From IMG/VR virus record IMGVR_UViG_2061766007_001087: a DNA stretch of 46,465 nucleotides. One strand, given 5' to 3'. This DNA is from an uncultured virus (IMG/VR IMGVR_UViG_2061766007_001087) (taxonomy: Duplodnaviria > Heunggongvirae > Uroviricota > Caudoviricetes > Schitoviridae). The position numbers and the translations under genes were made by a program. The notes below the pieces were generated by a model that was not told where the DNA came from, ran no database searches, and saw only the letters and a program-made list of their open reading frames with translations. Shown one piece after another: positions 26,426 through 37,203 of this stretch. The stretch's first letter is position 1. Every line of letters begins with the position of its first letter.

Positions 26426-28262
26426 GTATTTACTGATTAAAGAGTCATTAATTATTACAGAGAACATTAGATACTATTATTTTGATAATGGTGTTAGTCC
26501 AGATGTACCAGTAGTACCATTAAAATATGTACAAGATAAATTTAAAGCAAATGAAGCAAAGATGTATTTGCAGGATTTATTAAAAGACCTGCATAGATTA
26601 GGTGCTACTAAGTTACTGGTATGTGATGCAAACTATTTTAAATTAATGACTGGTCAGAAAACTATAGAATTTTCCTATGGGCAGGAGTTCTCCTGTAAAA
26701 TAGGTAACTATAGTTTTAAAATAATACCTGGTATAAACTATAAAGCAATTTCATATAATCCAGAATTACTTAACAAGTTACAGTTATCTATTGATAAATT
26801 TAATGATGTTAATCAATCATTTGCTAATATAACCAGAATAGGAGTTACTGATGTTAGAAAATCTCTGTTATCTCTGCATAATTATAGTATGCTTACCGTT
26901 GATATTGAAACTACTGGGTTATGTTTTTATCTTCATTCTCTCTATAGTATTAGTTTCTCGTGGAGTAACAGANNNNNNNNNNNNNNNNNNNNNNAAGGAC
27001 AAGAAGAAGTTTTAAAAAATTTCTTTGATACTTATCAAGGTAAACTGGTATTCCATAATTCCTCTTTTGATATAAAGTTTCTTATTTATAAGTTGTACAT
27101 GAAAGACATTAATGACCAGGAAGGATTACTTACTGGTCTACATACTCTCTGTAGGAATTTTGGAGATACTAAGATTATTGCATATTTAGCATTAAATTCT
27201 ACTGGTAAACCAGATTATGGATTAAAGCATCTGGCATTACCTTATGTAGGTAAATATGCATTAGAAGATATAAATGATGTTACTAAGGTGCCTGTAGATG
27301 ATTTACTAAATTATAATGTTACAGATACTTGTGCTACCTATTGGGTATATGAGAAATATTATCCAAAGATGGTAGCAGACAATCAGGAGAATATATACAA
27401 TACTTTATTTTTACCTAGTCAGAAAGTACTAATTCAGACTGAATTAACTGGAGTAAGACTAAATCCAACAAAAGTAAAAGATTTTAAACAGAGTGTACAA
27501 GATGCAATTACTGAAGCGGAGAACTATTTAAATAGTNNNNNNNNNNNNNNNNNNNNNNNNNNNNNNNNAGAACTAGATAAAATTAACAGTAAATTAAAGA
27601 CTAAAGTAAAGACACTGGAAGATATTAATTTTAAGATTAATTTGAACTCACACTCTCAGATTGCTCATTTGCTTTATGAAGTAATGCTTCTACCAGTAAT
27701 TGACTATACAGATTCAGGTAAGCCTTCCAGTAGTAAAGATACTATAGAGAAGTTATTAGAAAAGAATACTAATCCAGAATATACAGATATATTAAAGAAC
27801 TTGGTAGAACTGCAAAAGGCTTCTAAAATCTTTTCGGATTTCATCCCTACTATGGAGAATGCTTTCAATGAAAGAATTTTCGGTAGTTTTGTTCTAGGTG
27901 GCACTATATCTGGTAGGTTATCCAGTAAGGAACCAAATCTACAGAATATGCCTTCTACTGGTACTAGTTATGCTAAAGCATTTAAAGCCTGTTTTGATTA
28001 TAGAGATGGGTGGATTATGGTAGGCAGTGATTTTAATGCACTGGAAGACCATATTAATGCATTATTAACTAAAGACCCTAATAAACTGGCTGTATATACA
28101 GACGGGTACGATTCCCATTGTATTAGAGCATTCAATTATTACGGTGACCAGATGCCAGATATAAGACTAGCAGTAGAAGGAGATGAGTGCTGGGTAGAAG
28201 AAGATAAAAATGGACACAAAGAGTATTTTTGTAAACACGGAGACGAGGTATTTAAAGTATGA
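26415..28262 (+). CDS. DNA polymerase family A, N-terminal piece (3'-5' exonuclease, thumb, motif A)
   Basis: VDIETTGL, FHNSSFD, YNVTD, GTISGRLSSKEPNLQN, motif A GSDFNALED, YDSHCIRA. True TGA stop, not next to Ns. Confidence 0.92.
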   Translation: METRYLLIKESLIITENIRYYYFDNGVSPDVPVVPLKYVQDKFKANEAKMYLQDLLKDLHRLGATKLLVCDANYFKLMTGQKTIEFSYGQEFSCKIGNYSFKIIPGINYKAISYNPELLNKLQLSIDKFNDVNQSFANITRIGVTDVRKSLLSLHNYSMLTVDIETTGLCFYLHSLYSISFSWSNRXXXXXXXXGQEEVLKNFFDTYQGKLVFHNSSFDIKFLIYKLYMKDINDQEGLLTGLHTLCRNFGDTKIIAYLALNSTGKPDYGLKHLALPYVGKYALEDINDVTKVPVDDLLNYNVTDTCATYWVYEKYYPKMVADNQENIYNTLFLPSQKVLIQTELTGVRLNPTKVKDFKQSVQDAITEAENYLNSXXXXXXXXXXXELDKINSKLKTKVKTLEDINFKINLNSHSQIAHLLYEVMLLPVIDYTDSGKPSSSKDTIEKLLEKNTNPEYTDILKNLVELQKASKIFSDFIPTMENAFNERIFGSFVLGGTISGRLSSKEPNLQNMPSTGTSYAKAFKACFDYRDGWIMVGSDFNALEDHINALLTKDPNKLAVYTDGYDSHCIRAFNYYGDQMPDIRLAVEGDECWVEEDKNGHKEYFCKHGDEVFKV

Positions 28263-28760
28263 ACGTTACTGATAGAATTGCTAATGAGTTAGTACGCACT
28301 ATAACTGAAGATTATAAAGAAAAACACAAAGTAGAAACTAAATCATTTTTTGAGTATTTTAATATCACTGAAGAAAGTTTAGTAGAAGACCTTAAGAGTA
28401 AATTAAATATCATTATAGAGGCGGNNNNNNNNNNNNNNNNNNNNNNNNNNNNNNNNNNNNNNNNNNNNNNNNNNNNNNNNNNNNNNNNNNNNNNNNNNNN
28501 NNNNNNNNNNNNNNNNNNNNNNNNNNNNNNNNNNGTAGTTTATCTGGAGAATATCTACCCAGAACAGGCAAAAGATTATGCAGATTATGTAAGAACTAAT
28601 GGCATACTTGAAGATAATTTAAGTAGACAAATAAGAGAATTAGAAAAGAATGTTAATAGTGCTATTGCTTGTTGTGCTACGGTAAAAGAANNNNNNNNNN
28701 NNNNNNNNNNNNNNNNNNNNNNNNNNNNNNNNNNNNNNNNNNNNNNNNNNNNNNNNNTAT
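28259..28760 (+). CDS. Protein inserted between the polymerase halves (possibly Nmad5-like)
   Basis: ATGA overlap with the pol-N stop. Helical protein with VNSAIACCATVKE, resembling the C-terminal motif of Nmad5 proteins. End lies in an N-run. Confidence 0.5.
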
Positions 28761-28769
28761 AAAGAAATA

Positions 28770-29117
28770 TATGGAGAGTCAAATGAAGTATGAAGATGAA
28801 CGTGGTATGGTTAATTCTGTAAATGTATATACAACAGAAGAAACTGAATACTTTGATAAGTCTGCCCAGATAGTTATTAATATGAATNNNNNNNNNNNNN
28901 NNNNNNNNNNNNNNNNNNNNACATAAGTATACGAAACTATAATGAAAATTTTGATCAGTTTTATAGTACAGTAGGTGATATACAAAATAGTAGAATAAAA
29001 GATTTGGTACACGAGTATGACAGAGAAAGTGAGAAGAGACGTAACAGTACAACAGTTCAATGTGCAGATGATAAACTCAATAAAGAAGAAGTATCCAGCA
29101 CTGAGACAGGCAAGTAA
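28770..29117 (+). CDS. Second insert ORF (or C-terminal part of the first), overlapping the pol-C start
   Basis: MESQMKYEDERG... then after Ns ISIRNYNENFDQFYSTVGDIQNSRIKDLVHEY...ETGK*. Confidence 0.45.
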
Positions 29118-29742
29118 AGCTCCTACCTTTGCTCTTACTTATGCTGGTACTGCACATACTCTGGTTAATAACTTAGGTATGGAAGAAGAACAAGCCAAAA
29201 AAATAGAAGAAAAATATCATGAAATGTATAAAGTATCTGATGAGTGGGTTGCTGAAAAGATACAGCAGGCTACTATAGATGGATACGTTACCTGTGCTTT
29301 TGGTTTAAGGTTACGTACTCCCCTATTAAAGGCTACTGTACTCAATACTAAAAACACTCCTAAAGAGGCTATAAAGGAGGGTAGAAGTGCAGGTAATGCA
29401 CTGGGTCAGTCTTGGGGACTGTTAAACTGCAGAGCAGTAAATGAAGTAATGCAGCAGGTATGGAACAGTCCTTACAAGAATGATATTAAGCCAATAATGC
29501 AGATACATGATGCCAGTTATTATTTAGTAAAAGAAGATTTAGATGTTATCTGTTACTTAAATAATATACTGGTTAAAGCAATGGAATGGCAGGAAGATCC
29601 TGCTATTGCACATGACCAGGTAAAGTTAGGTGGTGACCTGGATATATATTATCCTGACTGGGCACATCCTATTACAATACCACATAACATTACACCAGAA
29701 GATTTATTTACTTTTTTAAAGGAAAAAACAAATGGACATTGA
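29017..29742 (+). CDS. DNA polymerase family A, C-terminal piece (motifs B and C)
   Basis: Motif B RQASKAPTFALTYAG, GYVTCAFGLRLR, AGNALGQS, motif C QIHDASY. Confidence 0.92.
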   Translation: MTEKVRRDVTVQQFNVQMINSIKKKYPALRQASKAPTFALTYAGTAHTLVNNLGMEEEQAKKIEEKYHEMYKVSDEWVAEKIQQATIDGYVTCAFGLRLRTPLLKATVLNTKNTPKEAIKEGRSAGNALGQSWGLLNCRAVNEVMQQVWNSPYKNDIKPIMQIHDASYYLVKEDLDVICYLNNILVKAMEWQEDPAIAHDQVKLGGDLDIYYPDWAHPITIPHNITPEDLFTFLKEKTNGH

Positions 29743-30050
29743 AACAGAAATTGAAGAAATGGAACAGCGTCTTAAGGCTCTTCGTGAGAAAGTAGCCAAG
29801 AAAAAGAAGATGTATGCTCTCAGTGATGAAGGTAAAGAGATATATTTCGATACTGATTATTTCTCAGAGGGTGCTTTGACAGTACAGATTAAAGCATATA
29901 ATCCTAAGGTATGTTATGCTGATTTTATTGCACTGGAACATAAGTTACTTTCTGGAGGTGCAGTAGAGGGTATACTGGATACTGAGCGTCAGATGGTTGG
30001 TATAAATGGTTTCTACTACCCTACAGATTTGTTGAAAGAAGTCAAANNNN
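29732..30050 (+). CDS. Hypothetical protein (end in N-run)
   Basis: AAGGA SD; N-terminal coiled coil. Confidence 0.55.
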
Positions 30051-30707
30051 NNNNNNNNNNNNNNNNNNNNNNNNNNNNNNNNNNNNNNNNNNNNNNNNNN
30101 NNNNNNNNNNNNNNNNNNNNNNNNNNNNNNNNNNNNNNNNNNNNNNNNNNNNNNNNNNNNNNNNNNNNNNNNNNNNNNNNNNNNNNNNNNNNNNNNNNNN
30201 NNNNNNNNNNNNNNNNNNNNNNNNNNNNNNNNNNNNNNNNNNNNNNNNNNNNNNNNNNNNNNNNNNNNNNNNNNNNNNNNNNNNNNNNNNNNNNNNNNNN
30301 NNNNNNNNNNNNNNNNNNNNNNNNNNNNNNNNNNNNNNNNNNNNNNNNNNNNNNNNNNNNNNNNNNNNNNNNNNNNNNNNNNNNNNNNNNNNNNNNNNNN
30401 NNNNNNNNNNNNNNNNNNNNNNNNNNNNNNNNNNNNNNNNNNNNNNNNNNNNNNNNNNNNNNNNNNNNNNNNNNNNNNNNNNNNNNNNNNNNNNNNNNNN
30501 NNNNACATTTATATTATCTTTTATGGTTGCAGGTATGTTTATTGGATTATTTACATATAATCCACCAGAGCAGTTCAGTCAGGTATTGATTATGATTTCT
30601 GGTACTGTACTTGGTGCTTTCAGCACTTCAGTTGCNNNNNNNNNNNNNNNNNNNNNNNNNNNNNNTTGGTTGAAACAACAGCAAATTTTAGATAAGGAAG
30701 ATTCTAA

Positions 30708-31070
30708 ATGAATTACAATAGAAACATCAAAGTGAAATGCGATAACAAAGAGTTTACTAAACTTTATGATTTATTTGCATATCTATACTCGATTAATCAT
30801 ATTAATAGTATTTATGAGTTACTGGACTACCCTATTTGTCTACCTACTATTTCTGAGTGCGATATTGATTTCTGCAATGTTATTACAGATGATATTAAGC
30901 CTTTTCTCAAGGAAGACATATCAGATGAAATCAGAGCAGTAATTAAGCCACATCTGAAAGAGCAGATTACATGGGATTCTCCAGCACTGGTTAAAGACCT
31001 TGCAGAGATACTTGATTTAGATGAAAAGGTACTGTTAAAGATAGCGTTTAAGTGGTTACATGAAATCTAA
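30708..31070 (+). CDS. Hypothetical protein
   Basis: 120 aa, coupled ORF. Confidence 0.6.
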   Translation: MNYNRNIKVKCDNKEFTKLYDLFAYLYSINHINSIYELLDYPICLPTISECDIDFCNVITDDIKPFLKEDISDEIRAVIKPHLKEQITWDSPALVKDLAEILDLDEKVLLKIAFKWLHEI

Positions 31071-31317
31071 AGACTCAGATATTGAGGCACTGAAGCAGGA
31101 GAATGAGGACTTAAAAACTCAAATCCTGCTTTTAAAGTCTCAGAATAATTGCACTAAGATAATCTTGGATAAAGCCTGGAAATTGTTGGAAACACATAGA
31201 CAGGAATTAAACAAGGTTATTGATATGCTTACTCCTGGTACTCCAGCTAATCTTAAGTATATGAAAATTAAACTGGAAGAAGTACAGAAAGAAATACTAC
31301 AGGAAATAAAGAAATGA
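31060..31317 (+). CDS. Hypothetical coiled-coil protein
   Basis: 85 aa, coupled ORF. Confidence 0.55.
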   Translation: MKSKDSDIEALKQENEDLKTQILLLKSQNNCTKIILDKAWKLLETHRQELNKVIDMLTPGTPANLKYMKIKLEEVQKEILQEIKK

Positions 31318-32246
31318 TAAATGAAAAGAATGTTAGTTTACCCTTACAAGTTTGGTGTGTAGATTGTACATACTCAGGTGAAAGAGCAGAAAAGACTATT
31401 AGCTGTACTGAACTGTTAAAACCTATTAAATGTTTTTTCTTATNNNNNNNNNNNNNNNNTAATGATGTACTGGATAGCTGGAAGGCACAATTAGGTACTT
31501 CTATACATAGTGGTATTGCTTCTGCCTGGATTGACAGATACAAGTATAATCTGAAGAAACTTGGTTATACTGATGAGTATATTGACTCTATTAAGATTAA
31601 TCCAGAAACAGTAGAGAAAGGAGATATACCAGTATATATAGAGAACCGTATTAGTAAGGAGTTACTAGGTTGGACTGTTACTGGTCAATATGACATGATT
31701 TTAAATGGTCAGTTGATTGATTTTAAATCTACTTCTACTTATACATATAAAACCAAGAATAAGGATAAGGACTACATATATCAAGGTAGTATCTATCGTT
31801 GGTTGGTAGGAGATAAGATAACAGAAGATACTATAGCAATTAACTTTATTTTTACTGACTGGAAAGAAGCAGAAACAGGCAATCCAGAGTATCCTAATAG
31901 TCCCCTATTGGAGTACCGGTTACCTTTGATAGATAAGGCTCAAATTACTACATTTATACTGGATAAATTAACCAGGTTGAATGAGTCGCTTTCCAGCGGT
32001 ATTATACCTGATTGTACGCATGAGGAAATGCAATGGTCAGAAAGTACCTTTGCATATTATTCCGGTGCTACAACAGGTAGGGCTACTAAAGTATTTGCTA
32101 CAAGACATGAGGCTCTTAAGCATAAGGTAGATAAGGGTAAAGGTACTGTAGTAGAAAGACTGGGTAAGCCTAGAAGGTGTATGTATTGTGCTGGTAGAGA
32201 ACTATGTAACCAGTATAAAGAATTGAAAGAAAAGGGCATAGTATGA
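31314..32246 (+). CDS. PD-(D/E)XK exonuclease (N4 gp42-like)
   Basis: ISCTELLKP, LGTSIH, YIENR, VTGQYD...DFKSTS, QGSIYRWL, C-terminal C..C....C. Directly upstream of primase. Confidence 0.85.
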   Translation: MINEKNVSLPLQVWCVDCTYSGERAEKTISCTELLKPIKCFFLXXXXXXNDVLDSWKAQLGTSIHSGIASAWIDRYKYNLKKLGYTDEYIDSIKINPETVEKGDIPVYIENRISKELLGWTVTGQYDMILNGQLIDFKSTSTYTYKTKNKDKDYIYQGSIYRWLVGDKITEDTIAINFIFTDWKEAETGNPEYPNSPLLEYRLPLIDKAQITTFILDKLTRLNESLSSGIIPDCTHEEMQWSESTFAYYSGATTGRATKVFATRHEALKHKVDKGKGTVVERLGKPRRCMYCAGRELCNQYKELKEKGIV

Positions 32247-34335
32247 CTGACTTCACTCAGGGATTTCCCTATCATGAAACATCTGAAAAGATTGTAGATA
32301 TATTAAGAAACTATACACATAATGAAGGTAGTGATACCTTCTTCAGGTTATTAACTGCATTCTTTGAAGCACAAATAGCCAGTAATATGAGAGTTTCTTT
32401 AAAAACAGTTAATGGTACTATTCCATTAAATTTATATGGAATATGTTTTGCTCCTTCAGGTGCAGGTAAAAATCTTAGTAAGAACTTACTGGAAAGAGAA
32501 ATTTTCCATAAGTTTAAAGCTAAGTTTAAAAACTTATATATTGTTAATGCAGAAGAAAAATTAAAGGAAGCAGTACCTAAAGTAGCAGCAGAAAAAGGAG
32601 TTACTGATGAAGAGGCTCTTTTAATTTTAGAGAAAGAATTTAATTCTTATGGTCCATTCTGCTATGACTTTTGTGATGGTACTATTCCTGCATTCAAGCA
32701 GGTAAGAGCAAAGGCTCAGATGTGTGGTTTAGGTGCTCTTACTTTTATTTGTGATGAATTAGGTTCTAATCTAATAACTATAGAAGATATGCTTACTGTT
32801 GGTTTAGAAGCATATGATATGGGTATAGTAAAAACAAAGCTTGTTAAAAACTATGCNNNNNNNNNNNNNNNNNNNNNNNNNNNNNNNNNNNNNNNNNNNN
32901 NNNNNNNNNNNNNNNNNNNNNNNNNNNNNNNNNNNNNNNNNNNNNNNNNNNNNNNNNNNNNNNNNNNNNNNNNNNNNNNNNNNNNNNNNNNNNNNNNNNN
33001 NNNNNNNNNNNNNNNNNNNNNNNNNNNNNNNNNNNNNNNNNNNNNNNNNNNNNNNNNNNNNNNNNNNNNNNNNNNNNNNNNNNNNNNNNNNNNNNNNNNN
33101 NTAGAATATATGCAATATAACGAGCAGAGAGCGAGTGCTATTCCACAAAACAAGATTGAGTTAAAAACTGAGATAAAGCATAGAGACTTTAAAGCAAAGA
33201 AATTAGCGGGTATATATGCATTTATAGNNNNNNNNNNNNNNNNNNNNNNNNNNNNNNNNNNNNNNNNNNAGCATGTACTGGCAGCAATCCAGTTAACAGA
33301 AGATAGTGGAAACTGCTTTCAGCAGATTTTGCATAGAGATAAGCCATATGTCAAACTTGCAAAATACTTAGCTGAAGTAGGAGAACCTAAGACTCATGCA
33401 GACTTGTGTAGTGAACTTCCCTTTTATCCAGAGGCTAAAAATAAGAGAGCTGATNNNNNNNNNNNNNNNNNNNNNNNNNNNNNNNNNNNNNNNNNNNNNA
33501 TTAGACGGAACTACAGACTTAGTCGAAGGACTTAAATTAGAAACCTCTGACTGTAATAATCTAATACTGTCGTATTCTGATAATTACTACGAGGGTTTTA
33601 CAAATGTTAATGCAACTTTTACACAGGTGTGTGAGTTTCTGCAACAAGGTGGTTATGGTTGGGTCAATCATCATTTACACAGTAAAATTGATAGCCAGGG
33701 CACTGACCTACTTGGGTACAGGGACGATGAACACATCAATGAAGAAGATGGTTTTAACTTATTAGTACTGGACTGCGATAATGGAACTCCGGTTAGTATT
33801 GCTAAATATATGCTTAGTAGATATAAGTATGCTATTTACTTTACTAAACGGAATACAGATGAGGCAAATAGATTTAGAATAGTTCTACCAATGAAGTATA
33901 GTATATCTTTAGGTAAGGTAGACTATTCTGATTTCTATAATAATATACTTAAATGGTTCCCTNNNNNNNNNNNNNNNNNNNNNNAAGGATAGGTGCAGAC
34001 TATGGAGTGTATATGGAAAGGAGGTATTCATAAATGATGGAGAAGACTTAGAATTATTTAATCCATTACCTTTTATACCAAAGACTGTAAAGAATACTAA
34101 ATTTATGGCTAAACAACAGCATGAATTAAATAAAGCCCACTTAAGTAAAATAGAAATATACTTTAAAGGTATTGCAGAAGAGGGGAATAGGAATAATGCG
34201 TTGTTTAATTATGCTTGTGTTTTAAAAGACTATGGTCAAATCTTAGCAGAAATACAGGATAATGTATTAAAACTTAATAGTAAGTTAGCCAGTCCTTTGG
34301 AGGAAGAGGAAATTAAATNNNNNNNNNNNNNNNNN
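32243..34335 (+). CDS. DNA primase (N4 gp43-like; P-loop region, primase region, PriCT-like C-terminus)
   Basis: APSGAGKN, DGTIPAFKQ, DELGSN, HRDFKAKKLAGIYAF, FNLLVLDCD, NRFRIVLP, GNRNNALFNYA. Three track ORFs joined across N-runs. Confidence 0.85.
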
Positions 34336-35034
34336 TAGAGAATAGTGTATTAATTTGTGGTAGGTCAGGTACAGGAAAGAGTTTTTCCTTAAGAAATTTA
34401 AGAAATCCAGAAGGAGTAATGTACTTAAATTGCGAGGGTAAACCGCTTCCTTTTCCTAACAAGTTTCAGGTATATGATGTATCTGAACCACAACAGGTAT
34501 ATGAGGCATTGGTAGCAGTAAATGATATGGATAACATACATACTGTAGTCATTGACTCTGTTACTTATTTAATGGAAATGTTTGAAACACAGATTGTAAA
34601 TAAGAGTAGTAATACCCAGAAAGCATGGGGTGATTATGNNNNNNNNNNNNNNNNNNNNNNNTAGAGCCTGTAAGAAAAATGTTATTATCCTTTCTCATAT
34701 AACCAGTTTCTATAATGGAGATACCATGATAAATGAAACTAGAGCATCAGTGAAAGGAAGCGTAGGTAAAGGTAACGGATTTGAAAGTTATTTTACTACT
34801 GTAATATATTCTAAGATTGTAGGACTGGATAAAGTAACCGAGAACGAAGATTTACATATAACCAAGGCAGAATCGAAGAAGAACTTTAAACATGTATTTC
34901 AGGTAGACCATACCAAGGACGATACACATGAGTCCATTAAAGTACCTCCTGGAATATTTGGAGAAGATGTAACTTATATTGATAATGATATTCAAATTGT
35001 TTTAGATAGATTGGAGAAATACTATGCAGATTGA
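34330..35034 (+). CDS. Sak4-like AAA ATPase (N4 gp44-like)
   Basis: NSVLICGRSGTGKSFSLRNL, YLNCEGKPLPF, VVIDSVTYLMEMFE, AWGDY, IDNDIQ. Start lies in an N-run. Confidence 0.88.
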
Positions 35035-35722
35035 TGCATTTAATACTACTGTACCAGCATGTGAAGAAGATAGAGCAGGTGCCAAGATACTGGATTCTGG
35101 CATTTATCAGGCAAACATTAAACTGGCTTATCTTGAGAATGTGGGACAGGCAGGTTCCAAGAAACTGATTATTCAGTATGCAGTAGAAGATGAAGGAGAT
35201 ACAGTTACTCTGAGAGATGAGGAAATTGTATTGAATAAGGAAGGAAAGAATACTTGTAAAGATGGTAAGAAACTACTTCCTGGTTTCCTGAAGATGAATG
35301 CTGTATGTGTATGTGCCAGTGGTGCAGACCTGGGTAAGCAGGCATTTGAAGAGAAGGATATAGAGGTATTTAAGCAGGGAGAAAAGGTAGTAGAGAAGAA
35401 ACTGGTTGCTACTACTCTGCTTAATAAGACTCTTCTTATTGGTGTACAGAAAGGCTTAATGTCCCGTAAGCAGAAGCAGGGTAATGAGTGGGTATCTACT
35501 GATAAGACTTTTATGGGTAACAGGATTGATAAGGCATTCTCCAGTGAAGGTAAGACTCATAAGGAGATACTTAACAAGGCAGAACCTTCCTTTATTAATA
35601 TCTGGAAAGAGAAGAATGAAGGTAAAGAAGGTAACTTTGTACCTACTGATGTTAAGCCTTGGATTACTCAAACAGGAAGTCCATTAAGTGGTAAACCAGC
35701 AAAGAGTATCTTTGCCAAGTAA
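35024..35722 (+). CDS. ssb: Single-stranded DNA-binding protein (N4SSB/gp45-like)
   Basis: EEDR..ILDSGIY...IKLAY, LLPGF, NRIDKAF and basic/aromatic tail KSIFAK. Synteny after the Sak4-like gene. Confidence 0.8.
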   Translation: MQIDAFNTTVPACEEDRAGAKILDSGIYQANIKLAYLENVGQAGSKKLIIQYAVEDEGDTVTLRDEEIVLNKEGKNTCKDGKKLLPGFLKMNAVCVCASGADLGKQAFEEKDIEVFKQGEKVVEKKLVATTLLNKTLLIGVQKGLMSRKQKQGNEWVSTDKTFMGNRIDKAFSSEGKTHKEILNKAEPSFINIWKEKNEGKEGNFVPTDVKPWITQTGSPLSGKPAKSIFAK

Positions 35723-36150
35723 TTGGCAACTAGTTGGTAAGTTAGTAGCTCCTACTCATTTACAGCTTGGTAAGAAGAAGATAAGGAAATATTCCATAAG
35801 TATGAATACTTATAGGAACCTGCATTACCAAACTAAAAATAAATTGAAGGAGCTATATAAAACTACGCTAGAGTCTCAGATACTTGCGTTACCGCAATTA
35901 CATACAATCTCATTAGNNNNNNNNNNNNNNNNNNNNNNNNNNNNNNNNNNNNNNNNNNNNNNNNNNNNNNNNNNNNNNNNNNNNNNNNNNNNNNNNNNNN
36001 NNNNNNNNNNNNNNNNNNNNNNNNNNNNNNNNNNNNNNNNNNNNNNNNNNNNNNNNNNNNNNNNNNNNNNNNNNNNNNNNNNNNNNNNNNNNNNNNNNNN
36101 NNNNNNNNNNNNNNNNNNNNNNNNNNNNNNNNNNNNNNNNNNNNNNNNNN
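35712..36150 (+). CDS. RusA-like Holliday junction resolvase (N4 gp46-like); end in N-run
   Basis: YSISMNTYRNLHYQTKNKLKELY motif and synteny. Confidence 0.65.
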
Positions 36151-36350
36151 NNNNNNNNNNNNNNNNNNNNNNNNNNNNNNNNNNNNNNNNNNNNNNNNNN
36201 NNNNNNNNNNNNNNNNNNNNNNNNNNNNNNNNNNNNNNNNNNNNNNNNNNNNNNNNNNNNNNNNNNNNNNNNNNNNNNNNNNNNNNNNNNNNNNNNNNNN
36301 NNNNNNNNNNNNNNNNNNNNNNNNNNNNNNNNNNNNNNNNNNNNNNNNNN

Positions 36351-36548
36351 AATGGTAATTTCACTGTTACTCTTGGTTCAGTTGATAAAAAGGAAGAACC
36401 AAAGAAAGAAGAACCAGTAGTAGAAGAGAAGAAAGCAGAGGAACCAAAGAAGGAAGCTCCTGCTAATATCTTTGTTACTAATAAATCTGCTCAGAATATC
36501 TTTGGTCAGAAAGTAACTGTTGGAGATGCTGTTAAGAATGAAGCTTAA
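36351..36548 (+). CDS. 3' end of a hypothetical protein with K/E/P-rich tail
   Basis: NGNFTVTLGSVDKKEEPKKEEP...; start lies in the N-run. Confidence 0.5.
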   Translation, partial: NGNFTVTLGSVDKKEEPKKEEPVVEEKKAEEPKKEAPANIFVTNKSAQNIFGQKVTVGDAVKNEA

Positions 36549-36970
36549 AATTAAACCATTAGTAGAAGGCTTTATTGCTCCTGAGTACAAGAGAGATGCA
36601 TCTGCTGGTATGGATATATACTTTCAGTCAGATGTTGTTCTGGAGACTGGTATAGTAACTAAAGTTAATTTAGGTTTTGCTGCAGAGGTTCCTAATGGCT
36701 GNNNNNNNNNNNNNNNNNNNNNNNNNNNNTGGTATGAAGGGTGTATGTCTTCGTAATACTGTAGGTGTTATTGATGCAGATTACCGTGGAGAATGGATTG
36801 CTATGTTAACTCTGGATAGTGCAGTAGGGCATAGTAAGATGTTCTATAGCAGAGGTGATAGAGCATTACAGGCACTCATTGTACCATTCAAGAAAATGGA
36901 TATAGAACTTACTAATGAACTGTCTCATACCGGTAGAGGTGAAGGAGGGTTTGGTTCTACTAATACTTAA
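36538..36970 (+). CDS. dut: Trimeric dUTPase
   Basis: SAGMDI, LGFAAEVPNG, NTVGVIDADYRGE, RGEGGFGST. Joined across one N-run. Confidence 0.93.
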
Positions 36971-37178
36971 CATGTAAAGAATTATATTTTATAATTGTGA
37001 ATAATATCACAAAGAGGAAATATATGCTTTATATACTTAGTATTGTTCTATTATGTATGGGGATTGCTCTTTTGGAGCCTCCCCTATCTGTAATATGTNN
37101 NNNNNNNNNNNNNNNNNNNNNNNNNNNNNNNNNNNNNNTACATAGATACAGTGATTTCTAACATTGTTTGACCTCTTC

Positions 37179-37202
37179 AAGGCAGGGTGACCTGCCTTTT
37201 TT
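37179..37202 (+). terminator. Terminator at the convergence of the middle genes and vRNAP
   Basis: AAGGCAGG-GTGA-CCTGCCTT-TTTT. Confidence 0.8.
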
Positions 37203-37203
37203 A

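Noticed and set aside
28259..29016. Group I intron or intein in the DNA polymerase
   Set aside because: The insert is coding end to end, has no visible P7 core or homing-endonuclease motif, and has no C/S...HN intein termini. N-runs prevent complete exclusion.
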